From: a virus
Lineage: Duplodnaviria > Caudoviricetes
Strand: one strand, 5' to 3'
Length of the DNA stretch: 38,149 bases
Virus record (IMG/VR): IMGVR_UViG_3300033076_000685
Location: 1 to 38,149 of that record
Position numbers and translations under genes: made by a program. Position 1 is the stretch's first letter. Every line of letters begins with the position of its first letter. The notes below the pieces were generated by a model, which saw only the letters and a list, made by a program, of their open reading frames with translations, ran no database searches and was not told the DNA's origin. Shown here piece by piece: positions 9,765-19,713 of this stretch.

Positions 9765-10138
9765 ACGTGTAGCTTGAACACCTCGCGCTTAAGGAATAAT
9801 CGCGTGGCCACCTCTTCGATATCCTCGGCAATCAAATCGCGCACAACTTTTGGCTGATTAGGGTCTGGAATTATTTTCACACAATCCATCATTTCGGCGA
9901 TCAACGGCTCGGCAGCCTCGTAAGGCACGCGAGCAAGCGCTCCCAGACCAATCCGCGCAACATCCGACATACTTTCAATATTGTCCATATCAGGTATGTC
10001 GACACCGGCATTCATGAGCGCAAACCCAAGGCGAATTGCCCAGCGCTCAGCCTTATCGGCATCCATTTCGGTAATCAAAAACATCTTACCCTGGTCGCGA
10101 CCGTCCGTCTCAATCTCAACCGTCAATTTTTTACGCAT
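9725..10138 (-). CDS. Tail assembly chaperone (gpG-like)
   Basis: GRDQGKMFLITEM...DIEEVATRLFLKREVFKLH; lies between tube and TMP. Confidence 0.8.
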   Translation of the reverse strand: MRKKLTVEIETDGRDQGKMFLITEMDADKAERWAIRLGFALMNAGVDIPDMDNIESMSDVARIGLGALARVPYEAAEPLIAEMMDCVKIIPDPNQPKVVRDLIAEDIEEVATRLFLKREVFKLHVNFSTPAAASISE

Positions 10139-10569
10139 TAAGCTGGCCCTTTAGTGCATTTTTCAAATTCAATGGTGAATTTGCGAGGCTGCAAAACTTT
10201 TTTGCCTGCCGACATCACTTCGAAGCGACGCAAAAACCCACGTGTAAATGTGTAAAGGCTGCCATTTCCGGGCACCAATAATGTGACCCCGGCGACATAT
10301 TTGTCCTTTGAGATTTGCTCGGCACCAATCCACGAATCGAAAATGATATTCGACGCACTGTCAGCCATTAAATTAATTTCAAGCGGCACGGCGTAGGGCG
10401 TCCATCCGGCAGAAAGCTTGCCGTCAATGCCCATCATGGTCTCGCCGCTTTCAACCTCGGTCGACGCAAACGCGTCATCAACAGCCCACCCCTGAATAGC
10501 GAGCGGGGTAGGATATAAGCCTTGGACTGACAGCATCAAAACAGCATTAGCACTGGTTAGTGTAGACAT
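10138..10569 (-). CDS. Tail tube protein
   Basis: 143 aa gene directly after the sheath; TLTSANAV and MGIDGKLSAG motifs. Confidence 0.78.
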   Translation of the reverse strand: MSTLTSANAVLMLSVQGLYPTPLAIQGWAVDDAFASTEVESGETMMGIDGKLSAGWTPYAVPLEINLMADSASNIIFDSWIGAEQISKDKYVAGVTLLVPGNGSLYTFTRGFLRRFEVMSAGKKVLQPRKFTIEFEKCTKGPA

Positions 10570-10582
10570 TTAAAAAATCCTC

Positions 10583-12061
10583 TTATAGAACCACGATTGA
10601 TGCTAAAACGATGCGCTGAACACTTCCGCCGTCCATATACCACAATGTCATTGGTGGTGATCCGCGCTGTCCACGAACCTGGGCAGTTGCGGTGCCAATT
10701 TGCAGATACCAGCCGCGCTGACTCAATACAGTGTCAATGGCAATTCCAGCTTGGTTATTAACCTGTGCAGCTTGTGATGCTGACAGCGCAACACCAGACT
10801 GAATGCTGCCGAAATTTACCGCCTGATTGATTGGGTCCATACATGCGGCATTAATGAGGGTGTTACCTTGCGCGTTGTAAGGTATGGAATTGACGCTAGT
10901 CAACAGGGTCATCAGAGCCAGTTGCAATTGGCTATTCAAATAAATTTCATTGACAAATGAATCAAGGAAATTATAGGCGCCGCTAACCTGTCCAGGGTAG
11001 AAGAACGTGAACCCCTGATTTGCGGTTGCATATTGCCCGATAAAATTATAACCATTTGCCTCAAGCGCATTCGCCGTGGTCTCGTCTGTTACTGACGCTG
11101 TTAATCCATCCAGATACTTAAACGCAAAAGTGATGCGGCCATTGGTGCGATTAAAATCAATAGAGGCAGCGCTACCCAAAACAAATGCCGCAATCAAATT
11201 AGTGTTGTAAACAGGCACCACGCCGTTATAGCCTGCTTGATCTACCTGATATGAAAATGATGATGTGTCTGGGTTGCTGTAGGCGGTTGCCGACGTATCC
11301 CATGCCACATAGCCATAGCGTTTATTTTGCGCACTTGTCCAAGCCGCAAAGGCAAGTTTATCGGTAACATTAGGCTCAAAAGTGGTGGTAAACAGCCCCC
11401 AATTAAGAGTTTGGGAAACTACCGCCGCCATCATACCGGCTGGAGTTTGCGTTGCTGCACCTTGAGAAAGGGTGGCGCCTGTAGCTTGGGTCAATAGGAG
11501 CGATGCCGCTATAGTGCCAGTAGCATAAGTAATCGTTGCACTTGTACCGGTCGCAGTAGACGTAAACAAAAACGCCTGACGCTGCGAGTCATAAGTCACA
11601 GAAAAAGCGGGGGATGTAAATGCCGCCTGAATAATTGTCGCGGCATTCGAAAAGCTTGTAGCTGACGACAGGTTGATGCTGGAGCTAGTCAGCGCAGAAC
11701 CGCCAAACGTGATAGTGAGCGTTCCGGTGTAAGTTTTTAGCGTGGCCAGCGACACAGATGCCATTGAACCGCTACGAATATAGCCGCTAACTGCAGACGA
11801 ATTGTACTGAGCAAAAAACAATTTCGACGGCAGGATAGTTGCATTATTTCGACCCGCGAAATAAACATCAGCCATGGCCTTTTCGGTCGAGTTAAGGCCG
11901 AACCAAGAACCAACAGCAGCGGCGCTAGGGAATGACTGAACTGTACCAATTGGAATAGATGTGTCGGTGGTAAGAATAACGCCATTAAGTGCCAGCGACG
12001 AACCGCCAGCGCTAATGACCCCGGGGTTTACTTGTACTATGTTGCTAGCTGGTATTGACAT
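10583..12061 (-). CDS. Tail sheath protein (DUF3383-like)
   Basis: IPASNIVQVNPGV start, IDFNRTNGRITFAFK, WYMDGGSVQ end; 492 aa. Confidence 0.88.
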   Translation of the reverse strand: MSIPASNIVQVNPGVISAGGSSLALNGVILTTDTSIPIGTVQSFPSAAAVGSWFGLNSTEKAMADVYFAGRNNATILPSKLFFAQYNSSAVSGYIRSGSMASVSLATLKTYTGTLTITFGGSALTSSSINLSSATSFSNAATIIQAAFTSPAFSVTYDSQRQAFLFTSTATGTSATITYATGTIAASLLLTQATGATLSQGAATQTPAGMMAAVVSQTLNWGLFTTTFEPNVTDKLAFAAWTSAQNKRYGYVAWDTSATAYSNPDTSSFSYQVDQAGYNGVVPVYNTNLIAAFVLGSAASIDFNRTNGRITFAFKYLDGLTASVTDETTANALEANGYNFIGQYATANQGFTFFYPGQVSGAYNFLDSFVNEIYLNSQLQLALMTLLTSVNSIPYNAQGNTLINAACMDPINQAVNFGSIQSGVALSASQAAQVNNQAGIAIDTVLSQRGWYLQIGTATAQVRGQRGSPPMTLWYMDGGSVQRIVLASIVVL

Positions 12062-12073
12062 CGCTAAGCCTCG

Positions 12074-12592
12074 TTATGCCGGAAAGGTTGCCTCTACATT
12101 GATCAAACCAACAGTCAATGTGTTTGCCGTTTGCGTGGTCAAATTAATGACCGTGTTTAACTGTAAATTCGCGTCAAAAGTCCAACGCTCTAGATATTGT
12201 TTTTCGCCGGTTATCAACGGTAATTGAATTGGATCGCCAGCATATAACGTCTGCATATCATACCCTGATTTATCAAAAAAATCAGTAGCTGTTGAATCTC
12301 TAAGCAGCGCAGAAATTACAGTTGCGCGACTCATTGACAAATCACCATAACAATCAATCTGCACAGTAAATTGAACAGGCCGCAAAATATATTGCACTGT
12401 TGCAGTGTTGGTTTTTACGTTTGTTGATAAAGCGGCAATGCTTTTTTGTGTCATCAAAATGCAATCGCCTTTGGGCATTGGCACGCGGTTAACTTGCGCG
12501 CGCACGATAGGGCAGCTAACAACGGTCGCGATAAAGTCGCCAAGAACTGTTAGCGCCTGATCTTCATTGATGCTAATGGCTGCGTCTGTCAT
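12074..12592 (-). CDS. Tail terminator/neck protein
   Basis: RAQVNRVPMP, QIDCYG, GEKQYLERW motifs; precedes the sheath. Start moved to ATG 12592 (ATGA overlap with the upstream stop). Confidence 0.7.
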   Translation of the reverse strand: MTDAAISINEDQALTVLGDFIATVVSCPIVRAQVNRVPMPKGDCILMTQKSIAALSTNVKTNTATVQYILRPVQFTVQIDCYGDLSMSRATVISALLRDSTATDFFDKSGYDMQTLYAGDPIQLPLITGEKQYLERWTFDANLQLNTVINLTTQTANTLTVGLINVEATFPA

Positions 12593-12972
12593 GCAGTCAC
12601 CTGCGCCGTTACACCAAGGCATGACCAATCTTGCCAGCGCTCAAGCACAGCGGTCACAAGATAGGTTTGCTCGCAGATTGACCCATAACAAAATGTTAGC
12701 GTGTCCCCGCCGGTTCCAAGATTTCTAAAAACGCCTTCATAGTTGCCATCAAGATAAACTTTCAATTCAACATTTTGAATATTAAGGCCGCCCAGCATTT
12801 TCAAATCAGATGCTGTAAGAGTTTGCACCTGTCCGGTAGTCTTGATGGACTGATATGTGGGAACCTGTACATAGTTGGCGCCCACAGTGTAGCCTGTGCA
12901 CACATTTCCGTTAATTGTGATGCGAGGATTAACGGATGCTATCGCGCCACTCACTATTGAATTTAGGTTCAT
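12589..12972 (-). CDS. Head closure/head-tail adaptor protein
   Basis: Synteny in the neck cluster; YLVTAVLERWQDW. Confidence 0.6.
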   Translation of the reverse strand: MNLNSIVSGAIASVNPRITINGNVCTGYTVGANYVQVPTYQSIKTTGQVQTLTASDLKMLGGLNIQNVELKVYLDGNYEGVFRNLGTGGDTLTFCYGSICEQTYLVTAVLERWQDWSCLGVTAQVTA

Positions 12973-13451
12973 TTTCCACCGCCTTTGCTCGGCATACTGC
13001 GCAAGTCTCCATCAACATTGTATTGCACGGAATTTATCATGTGCGCGGTATCGATAAGCGGCTTTGCAAAGCCTTTCGCGGTAATGGTAACAGGGCTCAA
13101 CGCAGGCTCATTGGTTTCGATAATCGATTGCTGTAAATCACTTGCAACACTGTAAGCCATGCGGTGCATCGCAAGACGAGCATCATAATCAGCGCCAACC
13201 AGAATACGAGACAATCTATCACCCCATCCTGACGATTTCTGCTGAATCATATTGCTAAAAAATGGACGGGCAGGGATATTGGCTTCGGGTGCACCGAAAT
13301 TATTAATTGCAGCAACCATTGCAACTTGGGTGCCGTCTGGATATTTCGCGCCATCCATAAAGCCTATTTGCGCTTCGGTAGCACGCCCCAATCGCTGCGC
13401 AATATCATTAAGCACAGCATTTAGTTTATCTCCACCGATAAGCTCAGCCAC
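12969..13451 (-). CDS. Neck/tail completion protein
   Basis: [17 protein letters not shown]...IPARPFF...[13 protein letters not shown] motifs. Start moved to GTG 13451 to remove a 200-bp overlap. Confidence 0.7.
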   Translation of the reverse strand: MAELIGGDKLNAVLNDIAQRLGRATEAQIGFMDGAKYPDGTQVAMVAAINNFGAPEANIPARPFFSNMIQQKSSGWGDRLSRILVGADYDARLAMHRMAYSVASDLQQSIIETNEPALSPVTITAKGFAKPLIDTAHMINSVQYNVDGDLRSMPSKGGGK

Positions 13452-13827
13452 AGCGCGGCCTATATAGGAAAGTGCGGAATGGGCGAGTTGCCGCCCAGTA
13501 CGCGGCGCCGTATTTGGTTTGCAAATACCACGCCTGAGAATTTGTGACAGGGCCCATATCGGCAGTGACCGAAACTGAGCCCTGCGTTGCGCTTGATACC
13601 CTGCCAACAAGGCCACTTGCGTTAGCACTGTTGAGCGCCGACAAGTGAGCCACAATCATGTTTAGCAGGGTTAATCTTTGTGTTACATTTACCACAGGAC
13701 TTGAATCTGTGTTATTAAGATAAAAGCCAGCCTCATCGAAATAAGCGAAAAGCAAATCAGCATCGACATTTGCAAACTCAGGGTATCTTGCATAAAAAAG
13801 ACTTAAGTCGAATGATGCCGCAGGCAT
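13444..13827 (-). CDS. Head-tail connector (DUF4054-like)
   Basis: [33 protein letters not shown]. Confidence 0.85.
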   Translation of the reverse strand: MPAASFDLSLFYARYPEFANVDADLLFAYFDEAGFYLNNTDSSPVVNVTQRLTLLNMIVAHLSALNSANASGLVGRVSSATQGSVSVTADMGPVTNSQAWYLQTKYGAAYWAATRPFRTFLYRPRCG

Positions 13828-13865
13828 TTGATTTGCTCCCGATAGGGGTTCGCTTATTTAAAAAA

Positions 13866-14189
13866 TTAATCTGCTTTTGCTTTTTCTACGCCACCGCCTG
13901 GCTTGTCTGGGTTGATACCCTCAAATCCTGTAACTTCTTTTTCTTTTTCTTTTGCCTCTGCTGCTGTAGATTTTTCAGAGGCATTTGCAAAAATGAAGCC
14001 ATTAGCAACAGGCGCGAAATCCATGTGGTCAAGATACCACGCCTCCCAAAAATCTTTCTCAACTCTTGTGATCCCGTGGCCGCCAATAATTTCAGAGTGG
14101 TTCCAGCCGTTAAGCTTTACCTCTTTGCCTTCGTGACGAATAATCAAACCGTTGGGCAACTTACAGCCAACTACGACAAATTCTGCCAT
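13866..14189 (-). CDS. Conserved phage protein downstream of the major capsid gene
   Basis: VVGCKLPNGL...GITRVEKDFWEAW. Start moved to ATG 14189 (GAGG SD). Confidence 0.65.
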   Translation of the reverse strand: MAEFVVVGCKLPNGLIIRHEGKEVKLNGWNHSEIIGGHGITRVEKDFWEAWYLDHMDFAPVANGFIFANASEKSTAAEAKEKEKEVTGFEGINPDKPGGGVEKAKAD

Positions 14190-14215
14190 TGTGCTAACCT
14201 CAAAATAATCAAATG

Positions 14216-14240
14216 AAAAGCCGCCCATTTTTGAGCGGCA
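14216..14240 (-). terminator. Rho-independent terminator after the major capsid gene
   Basis: Minus strand GCCGCTCA-AAAA-TGGGCGGC followed by TTTTC. Confidence 0.65.
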
Positions 14241-14246
14241 ATTTTG

Positions 14247-15263
14247 TTACACGCCAATCATGCCAGCAATTGCTAACGGATAGCGAATGATCGCGCCCCA
14301 AGTGCCTGCTGTTTTCTTTTGCTTCCAGCCGGAAACTGTTGTAACTACCGGATGCGCTCGCAATTTCTCGTTGAATGCGCAATAGGCAGTGTCTTGACCA
14401 TCAAGTTTATCGGCTATAATCTGCACTAACTGGCCACCAACAGTATTGTACTGTACAGCAGACTCAATCCGCATATTTGGAAAGTTTTTCTTGATTTGGT
14501 CGGTGACGTTCACGTTGTACTGATTCGTCTTAACCAAGTTGGCTTCAATTTCTGGAGCCATAGCCAAAACCATTGCAGCTTCACGATCAACAATACCCTT
14601 AGTTTGCGAAACTAATTGCGCGTACAACAACTGAATATCTTTAAAGATTTCCTCAGCTGTTGCCACCGCCCAAGTGGTGCCGCCAGCGGTTTTTGTTGAT
14701 GGTGCAATAGGCGCAGACAAAGCTGGATCATTGAGCAGGCCATAGTTTTGCAAACCAGAAACACCTGAGAAGTATGTGCGATTTTGGAACTTGGCAAGCG
14801 TCAGTGCACTGGTTGTGTTCATGTCGGCGGCGTAGTTCAATTGCGCCTGTCCAGCGGTATCTAATTCAAGTGCACCCCATTGGGTCATCGTTTGGAATAG
14901 GTACGACTGGCGGCTAACGAATTGGTAATTCGTTTGCGTTGAACCGTTCTCGTTGAAATCACCATAGCTAGTGACTTCACCGGTTGATTCGGCCATTTTA
15001 AACATTGCTGTCTTGGTAGTCCAATCGCCTTTGCGTTGCTCACCAATGATTTGAGCCGCTTTCATCGGCGTCACGAGAACACGAACCAATTCGGGATCAA
15101 GGTAGTTGGTTAGGTACGCAGGAATACCGGCGTTTTGTACGGTCACCAATGGACTTTGGGCGTCCATGGCCATTCGGTAATCGGATTGCTCAAGCAAGCC
15201 AGAAGCCTGCGGTAAAACAATACCGAAGTTTTCCGCATAAAAATCGCGATCAAATTTCTTCAT
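14247..15263 (-). CDS. Major capsid protein (DUF2184-like)
   Basis: AMDAQ, NAGIPAYLTNYLDP, GLQNYGLLNDP, GTWGAIIRYP; 338 aa. Confidence 0.9.
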   Translation of the reverse strand: MKKFDRDFYAENFGIVLPQASGLLEQSDYRMAMDAQSPLVTVQNAGIPAYLTNYLDPELVRVLVTPMKAAQIIGEQRKGDWTTKTAMFKMAESTGEVTSYGDFNENGSTQTNYQFVSRQSYLFQTMTQWGALELDTAGQAQLNYAADMNTTSALTLAKFQNRTYFSGVSGLQNYGLLNDPALSAPIAPSTKTAGGTTWAVATAEEIFKDIQLLYAQLVSQTKGIVDREAAMVLAMAPEIEANLVKTNQYNVNVTDQIKKNFPNMRIESAVQYNTVGGQLVQIIADKLDGQDTAYCAFNEKLRAHPVVTTVSGWKQKKTAGTWGAIIRYPLAIAGMIGV

Positions 15264-15266
15264 GGC

Positions 15267-15971
15267 TTATTTGCTCCAGCTTGAGGTAATTTTAACCATT
15301 TGTCCTGTTGTGACGGTGTCACAAACATACCACTTGGTTTCGATGTTTGTTTGCGAGGTGATCGCAGTGCTTCCTACTGTTTGTGAAACGCTAACCGTGT
15401 AAGTACCTGCTCCGCCAGTACCGGTTCCAAGAGCGGTTATATAAGTACCAGCAGTTACACCGGATCCGGAAATAGTTTGACCAACTTTGAATGGTGTACC
15501 GGTAACCGTACCACCAACAGTCAATGTGGTGCCTGATATAGTTGAAGCAGAACCAGAGCCACCGGAAGTTGGGGACGTACCAGCAGCAGCAGCCATAGAA
15601 ACTGCACCAGTAGACAAATCAGCAAAAACTTTTTGTCCGCGAGTAGCGCTGCCGACCATTTTCACCCAAAAATCACCGCCGCTATAAGGCACAACGGGCA
15701 AGCCAGCGTTAATGGTATAGGTGGTTTCTGCAAGCCATGTGGTAATGGTTGCTTGTAATTCGTTGGATATAATCCCATCCGGCGCCACACCAGTTGAAAA
15801 GCCTTGAATCACATTGCCATTAACCCAACCAAAGCCCCCCACAGTTACGCCACCGGTTGCGGCGGTATACTGAGAGTCACCAGAAACCAGCGCATGGCGG
15901 GGATTTGATGACGCGAAGCTGCCAGGGGTTGGCAATGGCAACTCGTTATTAATTGATGTCTGGAAGCTCAT
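15267..15971 (-). CDS. Capsid decoration/cement protein
   Basis: [20 protein letters not shown]...VKITS; between scaffold and capsid. Confidence 0.75.
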   Translation of the reverse strand: MSFQTSINNELPLPTPGSFASSNPRHALVSGDSQYTAATGGVTVGGFGWVNGNVIQGFSTGVAPDGIISNELQATITTWLAETTYTINAGLPVVPYSGGDFWVKMVGSATRGQKVFADLSTGAVSMAAAAGTSPTSGGSGSASTISGTTLTVGGTVTGTPFKVGQTISGSGVTAGTYITALGTGTGGAGTYTVSVSQTVGSTAITSQTNIETKWYVCDTVTTGQMVKITSSWSK

Positions 15972-17212
15972 TAGAATGCCCTCTTAGGAACTGCTGCGCC
16001 AGGGAACATTGCGTTAAATTCCGCACTTGCGTTGGCGGCATCTTGCGCAATACTTTGATTTACTGTGGTTTTTGTTGATTTATGAGCAATCAACATTTTT
16101 ACCAACGCGGGATATGCTGATTCGTGCACACCAGTTAAATCGACTCCAGCACTATCAAGCGCGTATTTGTAGATAGCCTCTGCGCTATCCATGGCAGCGA
16201 CTTCACCCACCAATGGTTGTACGTCTTTTTCAGCTTTGCGAATAGCGGTGAATCGCTTGGCAGCATTTTCCTCGGCTACTTTGGCTGCGGCATTAATAGC
16301 GGCATCCATAGCAGGCTTATCATATGTGTCTTTCACGGTTTCTTCCTCGCCTGGCTCTTCATCTTGTGCGGTGCCAGAGAGCAACGCGCGAATTTTTTCG
16401 ATGATTTCTGGAGACGCTTTCGCAATCATTTCCGACAAATCATCCTGCCCTGCCGCTTGTTCATTTAATTCCGCTTGACCAGCCGACTGGATCAGCTCAG
16501 CCAATTCACCACTTTCCAGCTCAATATCTTGAGCAAGAAACGGCTTAATAGAATCAATGCCTTTTTTGGCAAGAGCCACAAACTGCTCATAAGTTAACGC
16601 CGAATCCTGCGCAAGCAGCGGCATAACCCGAGCCTTAAACTCTTTTTTGCTAAACTTCATGGGTATTACCTCGATGGGTTTTGAATCGCCGACTACAACG
16701 TCAGAACCGGCGCGACCAACATCAACTAGGGCAACATGATTACCAATGATATTGGTCATTACGCCGTCATAACTCTCGCCGAGGTATTCTCCCGGCTCCA
16801 TGCGTGGGGTGTAGCGGTACGCACTCGATAATTCTCTTTGCTCCTCGCTTTCGATTCTGCTAATAAGCTCTTGGTCCCAAACAACAAGCGAGTTTTTAAG
16901 GTAGGGCGCTTCGAAACATGCATCGGTTCCGGTGCTACCTACAACTAACTCGTGTTTTGGGTCTGCCGCATTTACAGGCACATGGCGAGAAAGTAACTGC
17001 AAATTGTTAAATGTGGGCGCGGCTTTTTCTAGTTCGACAGGATCGCGAAGCAGCTTATAGACTGTGTTTGCATCAAGACCAAGCTCTTTATATCCCGGAA
17101 TTTCATAGCCATAATATGGATTAACAGCAGCTTTTGAAATATTGGAAACCTTGACATGCAAACGACCGTCAGCGTCATAGGTTCGCATTGATTTATCAAA
17201 AGCAAATTTCAT
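15971..17212 (-). CDS. Prohead protease/scaffold (DUF2213-like)
   Basis: [32 protein letters not shown], followed by an acidic helical scaffold with AQD/AMD repeats. Confidence 0.88.
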   Translation of the reverse strand: MKFAFDKSMRTYDADGRLHVKVSNISKAAVNPYYGYEIPGYKELGLDANTVYKLLRDPVELEKAAPTFNNLQLLSRHVPVNAADPKHELVVGSTGTDACFEAPYLKNSLVVWDQELISRIESEEQRELSSAYRYTPRMEPGEYLGESYDGVMTNIIGNHVALVDVGRAGSDVVVGDSKPIEVIPMKFSKKEFKARVMPLLAQDSALTYEQFVALAKKGIDSIKPFLAQDIELESGELAELIQSAGQAELNEQAAGQDDLSEMIAKASPEIIEKIRALLSGTAQDEEPGEEETVKDTYDKPAMDAAINAAAKVAEENAAKRFTAIRKAEKDVQPLVGEVAAMDSAEAIYKYALDSAGVDLTGVHESAYPALVKMLIAHKSTKTTVNQSIAQDAANASAEFNAMFPGAAVPKRAF

Positions 17213-17240
17213 GGCCGGGTCTCTTGCATGATTGTGTTCA

Positions 17241-17269
17241 ATTATATGACCACTTGTTCATGTTGGCAA
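17241..17269 (-). promoter_or_regulatory. Sigma70-type promoter upstream of the protease/scaffold gene
   Basis: TTGCCA-17 nt-TATAAT on the minus strand, in the intergenic gap. Confidence 0.7.
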
Positions 17270-17275
17270 CACATG

Positions 17276-18214
17276 CTACTCGTTATACCCAGGAATAACC
17301 GGCACTGATATGCAGCGGCAATTAATTTCAACGCCAGGCCACGTCCATTCGCCATCCAAATACATACCCTTGGTTACATCGTAGCGCTTACCGTCTGCCG
17401 CGACATGCTCTGGACGTGGGTGCTTGCCAGCAGTAGAGTGGCGCCAAATAGCCTGAGTTAAACCTAGATCTAGCTGGCGTTGTTTCGTGATGATCGCGGT
17501 CGCTTTGTTGTTTTGATCGCGGGATATTAACTTTGCTCGCCGGTCTGCAATTTGGTAGCGCTGAATAAGTGCATTGTTAAGCTGCTCAAGATCGCGACCA
17601 AGCGACACAGAGCGCATGACATCACCTTGCAATTGTGTCAAATATTGTTCAGGGATATTTCGAATAAGCGCCACATTTTCATTTAAAACCGCTTGGTATG
17701 CATTGCGCATGCTGGGCGTCATTTTAAATTCGACAGAAAAGCCAGCATCACGCAAAATCCGTTTTAGCGAGTTTTCGGCATTGTCTTTGGTTTTATTGGT
17801 GAACCATGTCGCCAGCGCTACAGCACCATCATCAAATTTTTTAAGCCATTGCTTCGAAAGCCGGTTAAATTCATCCTGCAAATCATTGGCCGCGCTATCC
17901 TGAACAATGGAGTTAAGGTTTGCCTTGTATTTCGCTTTAATCCAATAGTCGACACTGGCATTCATTTCTGCGACAAGAGCGCGCAACTTGCGGCGATAAG
18001 CCAAGCCTATTCCCACGTTTGGGCGCACCGGCTTTAGCTTTATATCTTTGCCGGTTGGTGATACCAATTTTGGTTTTTGATCGCCAACATAACCATGAGC
18101 ATGCGCGGCGGCGGCCTGTTTTTCCGCTTGCGCACGAGTAGGGTAGCAATGGCCATGGTCACCCCATTTAAAACCTGTCCCGCCGCCAGGAAGTATGCAG
18201 GTTTTTATGGGCAT
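17276..18214 (-). CDS. Head morphogenesis protein (SPP1 gp7/Mu F family)
   Basis: RAKLISRDQNNK, WRHS...PRPEH, PGVEINCRC. Confidence 0.9.
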   Translation of the reverse strand: MPIKTCILPGGGTGFKWGDHGHCYPTRAQAEKQAAAAHAHGYVGDQKPKLVSPTGKDIKLKPVRPNVGIGLAYRRKLRALVAEMNASVDYWIKAKYKANLNSIVQDSAANDLQDEFNRLSKQWLKKFDDGAVALATWFTNKTKDNAENSLKRILRDAGFSVEFKMTPSMRNAYQAVLNENVALIRNIPEQYLTQLQGDVMRSVSLGRDLEQLNNALIQRYQIADRRAKLISRDQNNKATAIITKQRQLDLGLTQAIWRHSTAGKHPRPEHVAADGKRYDVTKGMYLDGEWTWPGVEINCRCISVPVIPGYNE

Positions 18215-19713
18215 TATTCGGTTTCCTCTTGGCCTTCGTCTTCTGGTGGTTCTATTTCCGCATCGACATCAATGCCGTTATATCCGCTTTCTGGATCGCT
18301 GGCCACACGCGCGCGCGACTCCTCGGGTGATATTGATCGGCAGTCATTAATCAAAATAGAATCAGTCTCTGCATTTGTTTTACGTATAGTGGCGGCTTCA
18401 ATCGCGTCGGGCTCGTGCAGCGTCTCGAATTCGAAGCTAATATCTTCGTCAATATCGCCAAATTCTGAAAGCTGAATTATTTTAAGGCACTTAATCAAGT
18501 TATCGGTAAACAAATGCTCTTGCATTGATCGAATAAAGTCATAGAAAACTTTAATCTCACCATCGCTTGACGCATTTAGGCCGCTCGGCGTTATCCCAAA
18601 AAGCTTAACAAGTGGAATAGAGCACACGCTCGATTGCTGTTCTTGTGCCTGAGCTTGCAGCTTGTCAAGGCTAGAAAGCGGCGTGTTAAATTGAAAAAAT
18701 TCCTCGCCGTCTTTGTCGAGAAGCATAAGTCCGCGATTGTCGCGCAAGTTATTAAACAATTCAGCGCGGTCAAAAAATTGAGCATCAGCACCCTCAACGC
18801 CACCAAGAACAGCTGACATGTCGGTCTTAATGCCATTAATGCTGAATGAGTGAATTAAATCACCAATGCTGTCCCGCGTGCGTATCCAGTTCTCAACGTA
18901 AGGGCGAGCAAGCTGCGATAGCGACATTCCACCGAAGTTATAGCTAGCCTTAAGAAGATCAGGAACCTCGCGCGATACGAACGGCAAAAGGCGCGAGCTG
19001 TGAACTGTTAACCCCATCACAAACCATTTGGCGGGGCGATAGAAGTCATCTCGAAGCGGATTGTTAGCGTTGTACTCGCCGGGATATGTCCAAACTGGCT
19101 CAACGGGATTGAATCCTTTCAAGGATCCCTTTGGTATTTTCTTTGAGTCAAGAATTAATGGTGTCGCTAATTCTCCACCGCTGGCATCTATGTCATTTCC
19201 GCTCGCCGCCTTAAGATCAACGAACAACTGACCGCGACCAAAAAAGCCATCGTATTCGGCACAAGTGCGGAATTTATCCTGCAATTTGTAGCGCTCAACA
19301 GCCTTGATCAACTGATTGACACGCTCTTTGTTTCCACCATCACCACGAGATGTGATTTTGATCCACTTGCGCGTCATCTCTTTTGCGATGGTCTCTGACA
19401 TCTTACGGTATTCAGGCAATTGAGCCCAATTTGACAAAACAGGGTATCCGGGGAATCTGTACTCGACATAGTGCTGATTAAAAACCCCTTGATTCATGTA
19501 ATCATAAGGACTGCGATCCATGGCAAGCACAGATTCTTTTTGATCCTCTGGAATTACACCCTTTGGCGGCTCATAGCGCTGAAATTGCGGTATTTCCGAG
19601 GCTTCGATCGCGTTTGATTTCGTCATAGTAATATGCGAAATGCGCCCACGTTTTGAGTCTTTCGCGATCACGGCTTGCGGTACTGATTTGGATTGATAGC
19701 GCTTTTTTCTCAT
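18214..19713 (-). CDS. Portal protein (DUF1073-like)
   Basis: [35 protein letters not shown]; follows the terminase. Confidence 0.9.
   Translation of the reverse strand: MRKKRYQSKSVPQAVIAKDSKRGRISHITMTKSNAIEASEIPQFQRYEPPKGVIPEDQKESVLAMDRSPYDYMNQGVFNQHYVEYRFPGYPVLSNWAQLPEYRKMSETIAKEMTRKWIKITSRGDGGNKERVNQLIKAVERYKLQDKFRTCAEYDGFFGRGQLFVDLKAASGNDIDASGGELATPLILDSKKIPKGSLKGFNPVEPVWTYPGEYNANNPLRDDFYRPAKWFVMGLTVHSSRLLPFVSREVPDLLKASYNFGGMSLSQLARPYVENWIRTRDSIGDLIHSFSINGIKTDMSAVLGGVEGADAQFFDRAELFNNLRDNRGLMLLDKDGEEFFQFNTPLSSLDKLQAQAQEQQSSVCSIPLVKLFGITPSGLNASSDGEIKVFYDFIRSMQEHLFTDNLIKCLKIIQLSEFGDIDEDISFEFETLHEPDAIEAATIRKTNAETDSILINDCRSISPEESRARVASDPESGYNGIDVDAEIEPPEDEGQEETE

Noticed and set aside
5367-14228. 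Longest-ORF starts at 6254, 12628, 13655 and 14228
   Set aside because: They create long overlaps or start inside a terminator; downstream starts have an SD or a stop-start overlap.
18214-19713. Possible anti-CBASS (Acb1) label sometimes attached to DUF1073 proteins
   Set aside because: Size, motifs and position between terL and gp7 indicate a portal; I see no separate 2H-phosphoesterase domain.
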